In this document: positions 27,206 to 36,640 of the stretch, in pieces
Numbering within the stretch: the first letter of the stretch is position 1
How the letters are laid out: every line of letters begins with the position of its first letter
Source: a virus
Virus record (IMG/VR): IMGVR_UViG_3300030098_004539
Span: 1 to 64,000 of that record
Strand: one strand, 5' to 3'
DNA: 64,000 nt
The notes under the pieces: generated by a model
Told to the model about the DNA's origin: nothing
The model's input: the letters and a program-made list of their open reading frames with translations, nothing else
The model's database searches: none
Translations under genes and position numbers: made by a program

Positions 27206-28602
27206 TTATACCTGAAATAATCATACAACGTGTTCTAGTAAATGGAATACGACGGATACGTAATATTCCGTGGAAGTCTGATCAACTCTTTAAAAGTGTT
27301 CCTCAGAGCTTTGCACGACAGTTCTATGAGCTTGTATCTAAAACGCCTATCGACGTTACGATCAATTACCCCAGAGAAGATAGCCAGTTTCCGTGCATAG
27401 CTATCCTTCTTCGAGCAGAAGAAGAAACCGACATGTTCCTGGGAGACCTTTTGTCGGCAGGGTACGACAACACAGACAGCTTGTTTGGGTCCGAAGGCTT
27501 CTTCTACTCTAAAGGAGAAACGTCAAAGACCGAAACCTACGGCCTGACCGGAATGCTAGGAGACGGTAACGTCTTTGAAGATACGCCTAAACTCTTTGAT
27601 AAAGACGTACAAACGTACAAAGAGATTAGAGGCTCTGGGCAGTCTTGTAGCTATCTCCTACAAGTAATGACGGACGATCAAGACTTTACGATTTTCCTGT
27701 ATCACATGATCCGATACATCATCCTTGCAGGAATACCTACGTTTACCGCTAACGGTATGCATCAAATGCGACTCAGCGGTACTGACTTTCTCCCACAAGC
27801 CTCACAACAACCTAATTTCATATTTATGCGGGGTATAAATATGAACTTCTTGTACTTTGCGGATTACTTCCTCAAAGAAGGCGACCCCGAACTTGAAGCC
27901 GTTGCTAAAGCGTTTGTTATCAATATCGGAGACGCAAGAGGAGATAGCCCGGATATGCTAGCGCAGGTTCAAAAACCCGCCATAACAGCAGTATCTATCT
28001 CTACGGGAACGTTAAGCAGTACCGTAAACAATATAATTGTCTCCGGTATAAATTTTCAAAATGGATTAAGTATCGAGTTTATAAAAACTGAACCAGGATC
28101 TACGTTCTACATTAAAGGTAGTGATGTAGGACTTGTGGCCTCTAACATAAACGTAGGAAGTACAGAACATAGCATCGAGTTTATACCTACGTTAGCCGGA
28201 ACAGCTACCTCTACAACAAAAGACTTTGTTGCAAACTCCTCAGACACCGTACCCACAAATCTGCTTGCAGGAATGTTCTTAGAAGTTATCGGACCCACGT
28301 CCCATACAGCATATGGTGAAAAACGTAGGATTATTAATTTTACATCGGGTACAGGCGGCTCTATAACAGTGGTTAATGAGTTTTCTGCCTCCCTCTCAGG
28401 GGCTAAAGTTCAAGTAATTACTCAAAGTGCAGTAGGTCCTGCGGCTACAAGCGTAACCTACGTAGACGGTTTGGCGGTCACAAAACAATTTACTTTCGAT
28501 TTAACAATAGGTGCAGAAGTAGATACTGGAGTATGGGATATTAAAATTACCAATCCGGATTTAATCTCAACTACCTTAACTAAATCGTTTACTATTACTT
28601 AA
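27202..28602 (+). CDS. Tail terminator protein with C-terminal Ig-like/beta domains (start reassigned from 27136)
   Basis: ATGA overlap at 27202; INYPRE..FPCIAILL..EEE..FLGD; C-terminal PAITAV...G.WDIKITNPD. Confidence 0.72.
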   Translation: MIIPEIIIQRVLVNGIRRIRNIPWKSDQLFKSVPQSFARQFYELVSKTPIDVTINYPREDSQFPCIAILLRAEEETDMFLGDLLSAGYDNTDSLFGSEGFFYSKGETSKTETYGLTGMLGDGNVFEDTPKLFDKDVQTYKEIRGSGQSCSYLLQVMTDDQDFTIFLYHMIRYIILAGIPTFTANGMHQMRLSGTDFLPQASQQPNFIFMRGINMNFLYFADYFLKEGDPELEAVAKAFVINIGDARGDSPDMLAQVQKPAITAVSISTGTLSSTVNNIIVSGINFQNGLSIEFIKTEPGSTFYIKGSDVGLVASNINVGSTEHSIEFIPTLAGTATSTTKDFVANSSDTVPTNLLAGMFLEVIGPTSHTAYGEKRRIINFTSGTGGSITVVNEFSASLSGAKVQVITQSAVGPAATSVTYVDGLAVTKQFTFDLTIGAEVDTGVWDIKITNPDLISTTLTKSFTIT

Positions 28603-28643
28603 ATAAAGTATTAATGTTATACCCGAAATCGCGGTGGATTTAG

Positions 28644-28886
28644 ATGGCTACTAAGAAAACTTCAAAACCTGTTGAAAAAAAGGCACCTAGCGCCCCTAAA
28701 AAGAAAGAAGAGGTCGCAGGTCCGCCAGTGGCATTGGTGCACGATCCTGCGCTAGATGCCCAAACATATTTGATGAGTATTGGTACACGGCCTCAAAGGC
28801 TGGCACCTATGGTAGCCTGGGCAAAAGGCAAAGGCTTATCTGTAGCAACCTTTTCCCAGTGGGAAGAGTTGTTCAAGACTTTTTAG
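28644..28886 (+). CDS. Small protein preceding the tail sheath
   Basis: 80 aa; position matches the small pre-sheath gene of Twort-like phages. Confidence 0.7.
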   Translation: MATKKTSKPVEKKAPSAPKKKEEVAGPPVALVHDPALDAQTYLMSIGTRPQRLAPMVAWAKGKGLSVATFSQWEELFKTF

Positions 28887-28896
28887 GAGAGCGTAA

Positions 28897-31668
28897 GTGG
28901 CAAAGTTTATTACATTTAATGGGGTCACGCTCTACCATCCTGGTGGATTAACTAAAGTTGATGCTACCGGAATGGCGCAGGTTGCTGCGGGGGCTAGTGG
29001 AATCGTAGGCGTTATCGGGGAAGCAGATTACGGACAGCCGCATACGGCAGATAGTCCGAAAGTCTACACCTTTACCGACCCGGACGCGGCTTCTGCACTG
29101 TTCAAAAGTGGACCTCTTGCTGATGCAATCGATTTCCTTTTTAATCCGTCAAACGATACGCGTATCCCTGGCGGTACTCAGCAATTAGTTGCTATTAAGA
29201 GTAACGCAGATACGCAAGCTACGACGGGCTCTAACACTGCCGATGCCGTTGGAAACCAAGTCGGGAACGCAGTATCTTTGACGTTCACTTCTGTGGTGTA
29301 CGGTAAGTTTGCTAGCGCTATCTCTGTTAAAGTGGCCCGAAACGAGGCGAACACAGATACATTAGACGTTACCGTAACAGATGGAAACACTGCGACTACA
29401 GAGACGTTTACTCAAATTTGTGGCAAACCTCTCCTAGACGTTCAATACGCTCCTAGTACACCCGTTCAAGTTGGACTTGAACACACTACTGATGCTGGTG
29501 CCGGTAGTGCCAACGAGTTAAAGTTTAGTACTTTTCCTGGAGCTATTACTGCTTCAGATGAAGGTCGTTACGTACAAATTACGGCATCCACGACCCAAAC
29601 ACACTTAGTTGGGCAGGTACGTCGTATCCGAGACAGCGGGGTTAATGTAGGAGCAAAGACTATTACTCTTGCAGGGGACTTTTGTAATGCTGACGGTAGT
29701 GCGTCTGCTAACCCTGCAACAGGAACCTCGTTTAGAATCATCCGAGAAGCTATCGGACCTTTCTTTGTAAAGTCCTATAACGGAACTACTAAGAAAATAA
29801 CTGTAGAAGGTAATGCAGATGACCAACCTGCGGGTTGGACTACCGGAGAGTCGCTTTTCTGGGCTGCGACGGCAGATGTGGCTTTATATGCAAGTGCGCG
29901 AAATGGTCCTTGCTACATTCACATCGTGTCTGGGACGGGCGCGGGCCAGATTCGCCGGATCGATGCTGCCCCTACATCGGATGCTGCTACCCGTACTACG
30001 ACGTTTGCTTTAATTAACGGGTTTGCTACTAGTCCCGACAGTAGTTCCAAGTTTGTGTTTATTAACGCCGTACCTAAAAACACAGCAGGTACAGCGGATG
30101 CTCCTACTGCTACCGGCGGCAACGCTATGGGTGAGGGCGCGTTTGGTGTTATTGGCGGTGCGACAGGGATTTCTACATCTTTAACGCTGCAAGTACGCCC
30201 AGGTTTTGGGGAGCCGGCTGCTCATGGAGGAGCAACTGTTACTAAAAATAACGCAGGCCCTGCGCGTGCAGCCGATTGGACGTGTACGTTAAATGCTGAA
30301 CTGAACGTACAGTCTTTAGTTACGGCAATTAACAACGGTAACACGCTTACGTCACCCTCGATTACTAAAGGGTCAGACTGTACAACAGGTGCATGGAAAG
30401 CTCGGGTAGGACTGGGCCGCGCAGGTACGTTACCTACCAGCAGGTTTGATTTTACGGCCAAAGCTAATGGAGCTTATACGTCAGCCGCAGGTGCTGCTGA
30501 CGGGGTTGATTGTCTTTGTGACTTCAGCACAGACTCTCCTGCGGGTAAAGAGAATGGAGATTTTGGTGCAACACCTCACCGGTACCACCGATTTACCGAC
30601 AATCTCACGTTGTTAATCGATACACTCAATGCACAGAGTGCGTTAGTGACGGCAGTGCGAGGACCTAGAGGAACAGGCGCTGCTCCTGCTGGGGGTAATT
30701 TCGGGGACGGCGTACCTGCATTTGCAACATACCCATTGACCTCTGGCGGTGCATATAATGCAACAACCGCTTCTGGTCTAGCAGCCTGCTTTGACGAATT
30801 AATTAAGTATCGGCAAGACACGGCAGTGGCTCTGTGGAGTGCGGACGCGACTAATTTTACGATCGATTACGTACACTCGTTATTGGCGACACACGCTAAA
30901 AACGGTGCTGGCGCGTACAAGAACGAAGTTGATTGCGTTGCTGCTTACCGACCTAACAATGCGATTACTGCTTCCGCAGCGACTGAGCTTATTGAAGAAA
31001 AGTCTTCAATTCTTAATGATCGTAATGTCGCTTTGGTCTTCCAGGACATTAAACGTCCCGCCATGACAGGTAGCGTGGTGCAGTTTGAGCCTCACATGCT
31101 TGCTTGTGCGGTTGCCGGAATGCAGGCTGGAGCTACAGTTGGTACTCCGCTTACTTTTAAGCTGGTGCGAGCCAATGAAATTCTTTGTAACAACGCTCGC
31201 GTCGATACCTTAGACAAGAACACCTCTGACCAACTTTTACAAAACGGTATTTTGTTTACCGAAAAAGTAAAAGGTCAAGGTTACCGTATTGTTAAAAATA
31301 TTAGTACGTATACTGCTACAGATAATGTGGCGTATACAGATCGACACGTTAACTACGAACTCAATTACATGGCGTACGACCTACGTACGTTTATTGAAAA
31401 TAGGTTTACGGGAGTAAAGGCGACTCCTGCTGTAGTTGCTTCAGTTAAAAGCTCGGTAATCACTAAGCTAGAAGTCTACAAGAATGATTTAGAAATCATT
31501 GTTGATAGTCAGGACTTAAGTACTGGAGCTACTTTAAATGCCTATAAGAATCTCAAAGTAACCATTTCTGGTGATATCTGTACAATTCGTTTTGAGATAT
31601 TCCCAGCGGTTGGTATAAACTACATAACTTTCGAGATTTTTGCTCAACTCCCCACACTCAGCGCATAA
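28897..31668 (+). CDS. Contractile tail sheath protein, enlarged by inserted domains
   Basis: HPG..TKVD, VGVIGEADYGQP..VY.F...A..LFKSGPL, GTPLTFK, GYRIVK.ISTY, FIENRFTG. Confidence 0.93.
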   Translation: MAKFITFNGVTLYHPGGLTKVDATGMAQVAAGASGIVGVIGEADYGQPHTADSPKVYTFTDPDAASALFKSGPLADAIDFLFNPSNDTRIPGGTQQLVAIKSNADTQATTGSNTADAVGNQVGNAVSLTFTSVVYGKFASAISVKVARNEANTDTLDVTVTDGNTATTETFTQICGKPLLDVQYAPSTPVQVGLEHTTDAGAGSANELKFSTFPGAITASDEGRYVQITASTTQTHLVGQVRRIRDSGVNVGAKTITLAGDFCNADGSASANPATGTSFRIIREAIGPFFVKSYNGTTKKITVEGNADDQPAGWTTGESLFWAATADVALYASARNGPCYIHIVSGTGAGQIRRIDAAPTSDAATRTTTFALINGFATSPDSSSKFVFINAVPKNTAGTADAPTATGGNAMGEGAFGVIGGATGISTSLTLQVRPGFGEPAAHGGATVTKNNAGPARAADWTCTLNAELNVQSLVTAINNGNTLTSPSITKGSDCTTGAWKARVGLGRAGTLPTSRFDFTAKANGAYTSAAGAADGVDCLCDFSTDSPAGKENGDFGATPHRYHRFTDNLTLLIDTLNAQSALVTAVRGPRGTGAAPAGGNFGDGVPAFATYPLTSGGAYNATTASGLAACFDELIKYRQDTAVALWSADATNFTIDYVHSLLATHAKNGAGAYKNEVDCVAAYRPNNAITASAATELIEEKSSILNDRNVALVFQDIKRPAMTGSVVQFEPHMLACAVAGMQAGATVGTPLTFKLVRANEILCNNARVDTLDKNTSDQLLQNGILFTEKVKGQGYRIVKNISTYTATDNVAYTDRHVNYELNYMAYDLRTFIENRFTGVKATPAVVASVKSSVITKLEVYKNDLEIIVDSQDLSTGATLNAYKNLKVTISGDICTIRFEIFPAVGINYITFEIFAQLPTLSA

Positions 31669-31686
31669 TTTAGGAGATTTCGAAAA

Positions 31687-33090
31687 ATGCCAAGTCTTAC
31701 CGCAGCCGATCATCAAAACATCTTAAGCGTACTTCAACATTCGCTTAATGGTGACACTTCTGTCCTGATTCCTTCGGGCCAGGCATTCTACGTTCCCGGA
31801 ACAAGTGTTCCTCTCTCCCTTAATTACGACGGCTTTGTTACGAAGCGCGGTACCCTGAGTGAATCATCTCCCGCAAGCGGAGCTATTCTTGTTCTAGAGT
31901 CTGCTGCTCAAGCTGCTCAGTTCCGTGCAGGAGACGTATGTTACCTAGTAGGTAATGCTTTTGCTGGAGCCGTTAACGCTTCTGACAACACGGCAGACCA
32001 AGTTACGGTTTCTAGTGTTAGCGGACAGCAAGTCATTGTTACTGGACGCGCTGGCGGTATTTATTCCGTAGGTGCTAGCCTCGTAGTACTGGACCAAGCC
32101 CAACCGGGTGGCTACGCTGGTGGAACTTCTGACGGTCCTGCTATTGGAAATCAGGCTCTCGGAGAGTTGTTAGCGGCACTTGAGGCTGCTTGTGGCAGCA
32201 CCGGGACTGCTGGGGGCGGGGGTCACAGCGCTACGACAATCAAAATTAACAATCCGGCGTCGGCTTGGGATGAAGAAGGCGCTATGGTAGGCGCTACCAT
32301 TACAATGCTTACGGCTACTGCGGCAAACAACGTAGGAGTATCGGCTAAGGTTGTAAGCACCGGAGCAGGCGGCAACCCTACGGTAATATTGACTCTGGCA
32401 GATTTCAAAGACTCTGATGGGGTCGCGCTTACTCAGTGGCCTACTACCCCGAGTAATGGTGATACCATATCTATCTCCCTTGACACTTCTGAAGGTAAAA
32501 TTGCGGAGCTACAACAGGCCGGAGGAGACTGGAGCGTTGGTATAGCTGCGATGCTTACAATGCATCGCAGGTTAGACGAAGCTAAGGATGCTCCCGAAAT
32601 TCCTCTCATCGACGAATGGAAAGTTTCGGGGCAGAAGACAGGCGCTATTCTTCGTTTAAAAATGCCTGAGGGTCGCCTTAGCGGTAATGCATATACAGAC
32701 GCTTCGGACACGAGTATTACGGTAGAAATGGACCCTGCTGTAGGAGATATCCCAGCCCCATTGAGTGGAAGACTTCGTGTAATCAACGCACAAGATGGAG
32801 TAGGTAGTACGCCGTGGAATGCTGTCAGCGCTCCACTTCCTTCTAGCGGCGCGTTTGTTTCTTACACTCGACTAAAGAAATCTAACGTACTTAATCTCGG
32901 CGCAGCCGGAGTTCTAGGATCTAATATTCCTGGAACTAGCGGTGTCGGTCGTGTAGTAGAAATTGAAGGCGCTAGCTGTGGATTTGCTAGCAACTCTGGT
33001 TTTGCTCCGCAACCCGACAACAAGTACTTAGTAGGTCTGTTGTATCAGCTAGTCAACGCTGTTCACGCATACAAAATTCTTGGCGCATAG
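31687..33090 (+). CDS. Virion protein of unknown role between sheath and tube
   Basis: 467 aa, Gly/Ala/Ser-rich beta domains separated by short helices; AGGAG RBS. Confidence 0.7.
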   Translation: MPSLTAADHQNILSVLQHSLNGDTSVLIPSGQAFYVPGTSVPLSLNYDGFVTKRGTLSESSPASGAILVLESAAQAAQFRAGDVCYLVGNAFAGAVNASDNTADQVTVSSVSGQQVIVTGRAGGIYSVGASLVVLDQAQPGGYAGGTSDGPAIGNQALGELLAALEAACGSTGTAGGGGHSATTIKINNPASAWDEEGAMVGATITMLTATAANNVGVSAKVVSTGAGGNPTVILTLADFKDSDGVALTQWPTTPSNGDTISISLDTSEGKIAELQQAGGDWSVGIAAMLTMHRRLDEAKDAPEIPLIDEWKVSGQKTGAILRLKMPEGRLSGNAYTDASDTSITVEMDPAVGDIPAPLSGRLRVINAQDGVGSTPWNAVSAPLPSSGAFVSYTRLKKSNVLNLGAAGVLGSNIPGTSGVGRVVEIEGASCGFASNSGFAPQPDNKYLVGLLYQLVNAVHAYKILGA

Positions 33091-33109
33091 ATAATTACGA
33101 GGTTTAAAA

Positions 33110-33592
33110 ATGGCTGAAGTCTTTACCGGAGCACGAGCAAAATTTTATATCAATGGCCAAGCTATTGGTTATTGTGCTGGGGTTAGTGGTGAAGAAGCCA
33201 TTGACTACGAACCCGTAGAGACGCTTGACTTCTTGGAGGTCCGGGAACACATTCCTGTTTCTTACCGGGCCTCCTTGAGTGCGGCGTTCTTCCGACTGGT
33301 TGGGTCCTCCTTAAAGGAGTACCTTGGTCGCCAAAATAACCTTGGTGGCATGGAAATCTTCCCTAAGTTCGATAACATCCTTACTTCCGGTGTCCTCTCA
33401 GCAGCAATTCATAATACGAAGACAGTTGCTAACGAGGGTGAAGTAGCTGGGGCTATTCCTGATATTATTGCTAAGTTTACTTCGGTGCGTGCCGCTAGTA
33501 AAACGTTTGACGTATCTGCTCGTGGTGTTGTAACAGAGAATTGTTCTTTTGTTGCTATCAAACAGATGGACGAGTCAGAACTCAACGCGTAG
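33110..33592 (+). CDS. Tail tube protein
   Basis: VFTGAR..FYING..IG...VSGEE...EPV..L...EH.PV.Y; 160 aa; follows the sheath. Confidence 0.88.
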   Translation: MAEVFTGARAKFYINGQAIGYCAGVSGEEAIDYEPVETLDFLEVREHIPVSYRASLSAAFFRLVGSSLKEYLGRQNNLGGMEIFPKFDNILTSGVLSAAIHNTKTVANEGEVAGAIPDIIAKFTSVRAASKTFDVSARGVVTENCSFVAIKQMDESELNA

Positions 33593-33625
33593 TTAAATAT
33601 ACTTTTATAGAAATCAGAGGAAAAT

Positions 33626-34108
33626 ATGCGGGACTTTACTAAGTCTTTCAGTATCGACTTTACGTCTACAATGGACGGACAGCGGTACATGGGGACGTTT
33701 ACTGTTAAGAAGCTCACTATTGGTGACTTATCTAGGTTAGGTGCTCGGAAGGCACAACTTTGTGGCGGATATACAACAGGTCTTGGTGTCGAAGCCGGCA
33801 ACAGTATTGATGCTGGTACAGCGATGCTTAATGAGATGATTGCTCATTGTGAGATTGCTCTCTTGTCTAAGCCGGATTGGTTTGACCCAGAGAAGCTCAT
33901 CGATCCAAGCCTCCTGAACAGTGTGTACGAGGAGGTGGCCGCTTTTGAGGCTAATTTTCTCGGAACTAAATCCGAAACTAGTGGGGAAGGATCTGCTGTC
34001 AGCAGCAAAGTACCAAGCAGCGATGAACCTCCGGGGACAGGGGGACGAGCTAACTCCATTGCGGATGTGGTGGACAAAAAAATACCAAAAATCTCCCCGC
34101 TCGCCTGA
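33626..34108 (+). CDS. Tail assembly chaperone (G-like)
   Basis: GTFTVKKLTIGD...PDWF; position between tube and tape measure. Confidence 0.8.
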   Translation: MRDFTKSFSIDFTSTMDGQRYMGTFTVKKLTIGDLSRLGARKAQLCGGYTTGLGVEAGNSIDAGTAMLNEMIAHCEIALLSKPDWFDPEKLIDPSLLNSVYEEVAAFEANFLGTKSETSGEGSAVSSKVPSSDEPPGTGGRANSIADVVDKKIPKISPLA

Positions 34109-34451
34109 ATACCTCTCCTACACCATATTTGAGTTGCTAGTAGAGTTCTTTGAAGACTACTACGACCAAAACCGTGGCGAAATGCATAACCTCGATCTAC
34201 CCTTCTCCGGTACCGGAGATTCTATGGTGGATAAGTGGGAAAGAGAGATACGTTCAGGTATCGTACCTGACCTAATGGAAGATTTACCCAAGGAAGAGGC
34301 TGAGAAAGTCGTCAATTGGAGTAAAAAAGCGTATAAGAATAAAACCAACAAAGGTAGAATGCCTATTGCCGACGACGGCAATATAGGTGACCGAATAAAA
34401 GAATTAGATCAACTGCTAGGTAGTGATGGACACTTCGAGGAAGAGTATTAA
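33945..34451 (+). CDS. Tail assembly chaperone second frame (T-like); expressed by frameshift or from a TTG start at 33945
   Basis: Overlaps the previous ORF in the +1 frame; LRMWWTKKY..P...YT.FELLVEFFED. Confidence 0.7.
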   Translation: MRLIFSELNPKLVGKDLLSAAKYQAAMNLRGQGDELTPLRMWWTKKYQKSPRSPEYLSYTIFELLVEFFEDYYDQNRGEMHNLDLPFSGTGDSMVDKWEREIRSGIVPDLMEDLPKEEAEKVVNWSKKAYKNKTNKGRMPIADDGNIGDRIKELDQLLGSDGHFEEEY

Positions 34452-36622
34452 TGGCTAAGGACGCTGTTAGCGCTAGTATTCTAAAGTCGAATCTAGAGCT
34501 TCTTAAAAAAGAAGGCCAAGAACTACTTAACCTGTTCGAAAGCGTTAACAAGCAGTCTCAAGCACTGGGTACAAATATGTCCCAGTCTGTACGAAGCGTC
34601 GTTGGAGAAGTTAGACGCCTTGAATCGTCACTGTCCGGGCTACAAAGCCGTTTAAACCGACTTACAAGTACCTCTAGTGCGTTGGGAGCCGCTAATATTA
34701 GCGGGGCGCTAGGGGCGCTTACAGGGCAAGGTAGGGGGTTTTCCGGAGGCGGTGGATACGGAGGAGGAGGGGGAGGATACCGTTCTGGCGGACCTCTCTC
34801 AGGAGGTATGTTTGGCGGCGGTGGTGGATTAGGTGCTACTGCTGCGAGGATATCAAGGCCCGTTCTAAAAAGTTTACCTTTTGTCGGACCCTTTTTTGCT
34901 AACGCTGCTGCTGGTGCGGGGGGAATTTTTGACTTTTTCTCCGGCGCAATGATGGGAGGTATGAGGCAGTCATACGGTGCTCGATCTGCTATGGAAAGAG
35001 CTTCCCGTACTATGGGTGGGTTGTCTGGTGTCAGTAATTATGGCCAATTTAGAGCTATGGGACGACGGCACGGATATAGCCCTTTTGAGACTCATGGCCT
35101 TTCAGGAGACTTTCAGTCTGCCATAGGTAATCTGTACCAGACTAAATTCTTCCCTAATCTCCACTTTGACGGAGAACACATGCGCCGCAGTTCTGGTGGT
35201 CGCTTTTTGGGGGGTCGTGGAGGGTACCAAACACATGCGCCGTTGGCTGATTTTACAGGTCGCGCACAGGGAATGGGGTTAGATCCAAGACAGGCACTAG
35301 GTCTTATGTCGGGCCTACGAGGTTTAGGTCGAAACGTTTCTTTAGCAGGTGCTCCCTCAGAAGCCTACTATAGACACGTCCGTGGTAGTGGTGCGGGATA
35401 CTCACCGGTAGAGGGTGTAGGTGGTGGTGCTCCGGCGTTAGATCTCTTGCAGCGACTAGGAGGCATGACTGAAGTCTTGATGAGTAGGGCGGGGATTTCT
35501 GGTGCGGCAGCTAGGGGTGCAGAGCGTCGATATAGGAACCCTAGGTTACTTGCTGGAATGGCCTCGCTAGTTAATATGCAGATGGGTACTGGCGTTGCTG
35601 CGGCAGGTTCAATGCGGGACATGGGGGGCATGTTAGGCATCCTACAAGACCGAACTCGTGGCGGGTTTGACCCTCAGGTAGCAAATTTGTTGGCTCAAAG
35701 GCTGTTTCAAGGGTCTCTTAATCCGGGGGGAGGAGAAGCGGGAAATCTGCTTATGATGCGTGCCGGTGGATTTGGTAACCCGAACATCCGAGGTGTTCAG
35801 GCTCAGGCTGCTCGGATGGGTATGGACCCTTCAATTATTCGTCGTCGTAATTTCTTGGAGTATAGACGGTGGCGAGAAAGTAATCCGGGAGATCGTGCAC
35901 GGGCAGGGCTTGCACAGATTGCTTTTGATTACAGAGGGAATGCTGGTGCCGCAAGTCTGGCTTTAGCTGAGACGCTTGGTATAGGCCAAACGTACGCAGA
36001 CCGTTTGTGGGCTATGGGGCAGAGAGGTGAGTTTGGTTCGGGCATAGATAAGTTGATGAAAGAGGCGCTGGGTGCGAGAGTGCCGGGTAAGGCATCTGGT
36101 GCAGGATCGACTGCGATAACTCAGACGATTGCTCAGTACGAACAAGCGTTATTACGGGTAAGTAATCAGATTGGTGGGGCAGTTAGGGCCATAAATAATC
36201 TACAGGTGAAAAATCTTGATTCAATCGCAAAAGGCTTAGGATCGGTACGTAGGGAGTTTAATAAACTAGCGAACGATACTACCAAAATAAAAGAGTTAGG
36301 GGAGGTTTACAGAGGTGTTGCTACCGCTACCGTAGAGCTTATGAAGGCCATTATTAAAGCTGCTCCGAAGGAGTCAAAGAGGTCAGATATTAGGCTTAAG
36401 AAGAACATCGTTAAGGTGGGTGTGTCTGACTGGGGCATTAATATTTACGAATTTGAATATAAGAGTAAGCCCGGTCGTTTCCGTGGAGTTATGGCTCAAG
36501 AGTTGGTAGATACATACCCCGCAGCTTTGTCGGTAGGACAAGACGGTTATTACCGTGTAGACTACAGCGTATTAGACGTACCTTTTGAAAAGGTTTTATC
36601 TGTTTCTGAAGCACACCTTTAA
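34451..36622 (+). CDS. Tape measure protein with C-terminal Peptidase_S74-like intramolecular chaperone domain
   Basis: Position after the chaperones; N-terminal coiled coil, Gly/Ala/Met-rich body; SDIRLKKNI...IYEFEY...GVMAQEL...GYYRVDY from 36383. Confidence 0.8.
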   Translation: MAKDAVSASILKSNLELLKKEGQELLNLFESVNKQSQALGTNMSQSVRSVVGEVRRLESSLSGLQSRLNRLTSTSSALGAANISGALGALTGQGRGFSGGGGYGGGGGGYRSGGPLSGGMFGGGGGLGATAARISRPVLKSLPFVGPFFANAAAGAGGIFDFFSGAMMGGMRQSYGARSAMERASRTMGGLSGVSNYGQFRAMGRRHGYSPFETHGLSGDFQSAIGNLYQTKFFPNLHFDGEHMRRSSGGRFLGGRGGYQTHAPLADFTGRAQGMGLDPRQALGLMSGLRGLGRNVSLAGAPSEAYYRHVRGSGAGYSPVEGVGGGAPALDLLQRLGGMTEVLMSRAGISGAAARGAERRYRNPRLLAGMASLVNMQMGTGVAAAGSMRDMGGMLGILQDRTRGGFDPQVANLLAQRLFQGSLNPGGGEAGNLLMMRAGGFGNPNIRGVQAQAARMGMDPSIIRRRNFLEYRRWRESNPGDRARAGLAQIAFDYRGNAGAASLALAETLGIGQTYADRLWAMGQRGEFGSGIDKLMKEALGARVPGKASGAGSTAITQTIAQYEQALLRVSNQIGGAVRAINNLQVKNLDSIAKGLGSVRREFNKLANDTTKIKELGEVYRGVATATVELMKAIIKAAPKESKRSDIRLKKNIVKVGVSDWGINIYEFEYKSKPGRFRGVMAQELVDTYPAALSVGQDGYYRVDYSVLDVPFEKVLSVSEAHL

Positions 36623-36640
36623 GCTACTCAAAGTGAGATT

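Noticed and set aside
28897-31668. Intein or intron explaining the enlarged sheath
   Set aside because: No C/S...HN-[CST] splice motifs or LAGLIDADG/HNH signature seen; the extra length is accounted for by beta-domain insertions.
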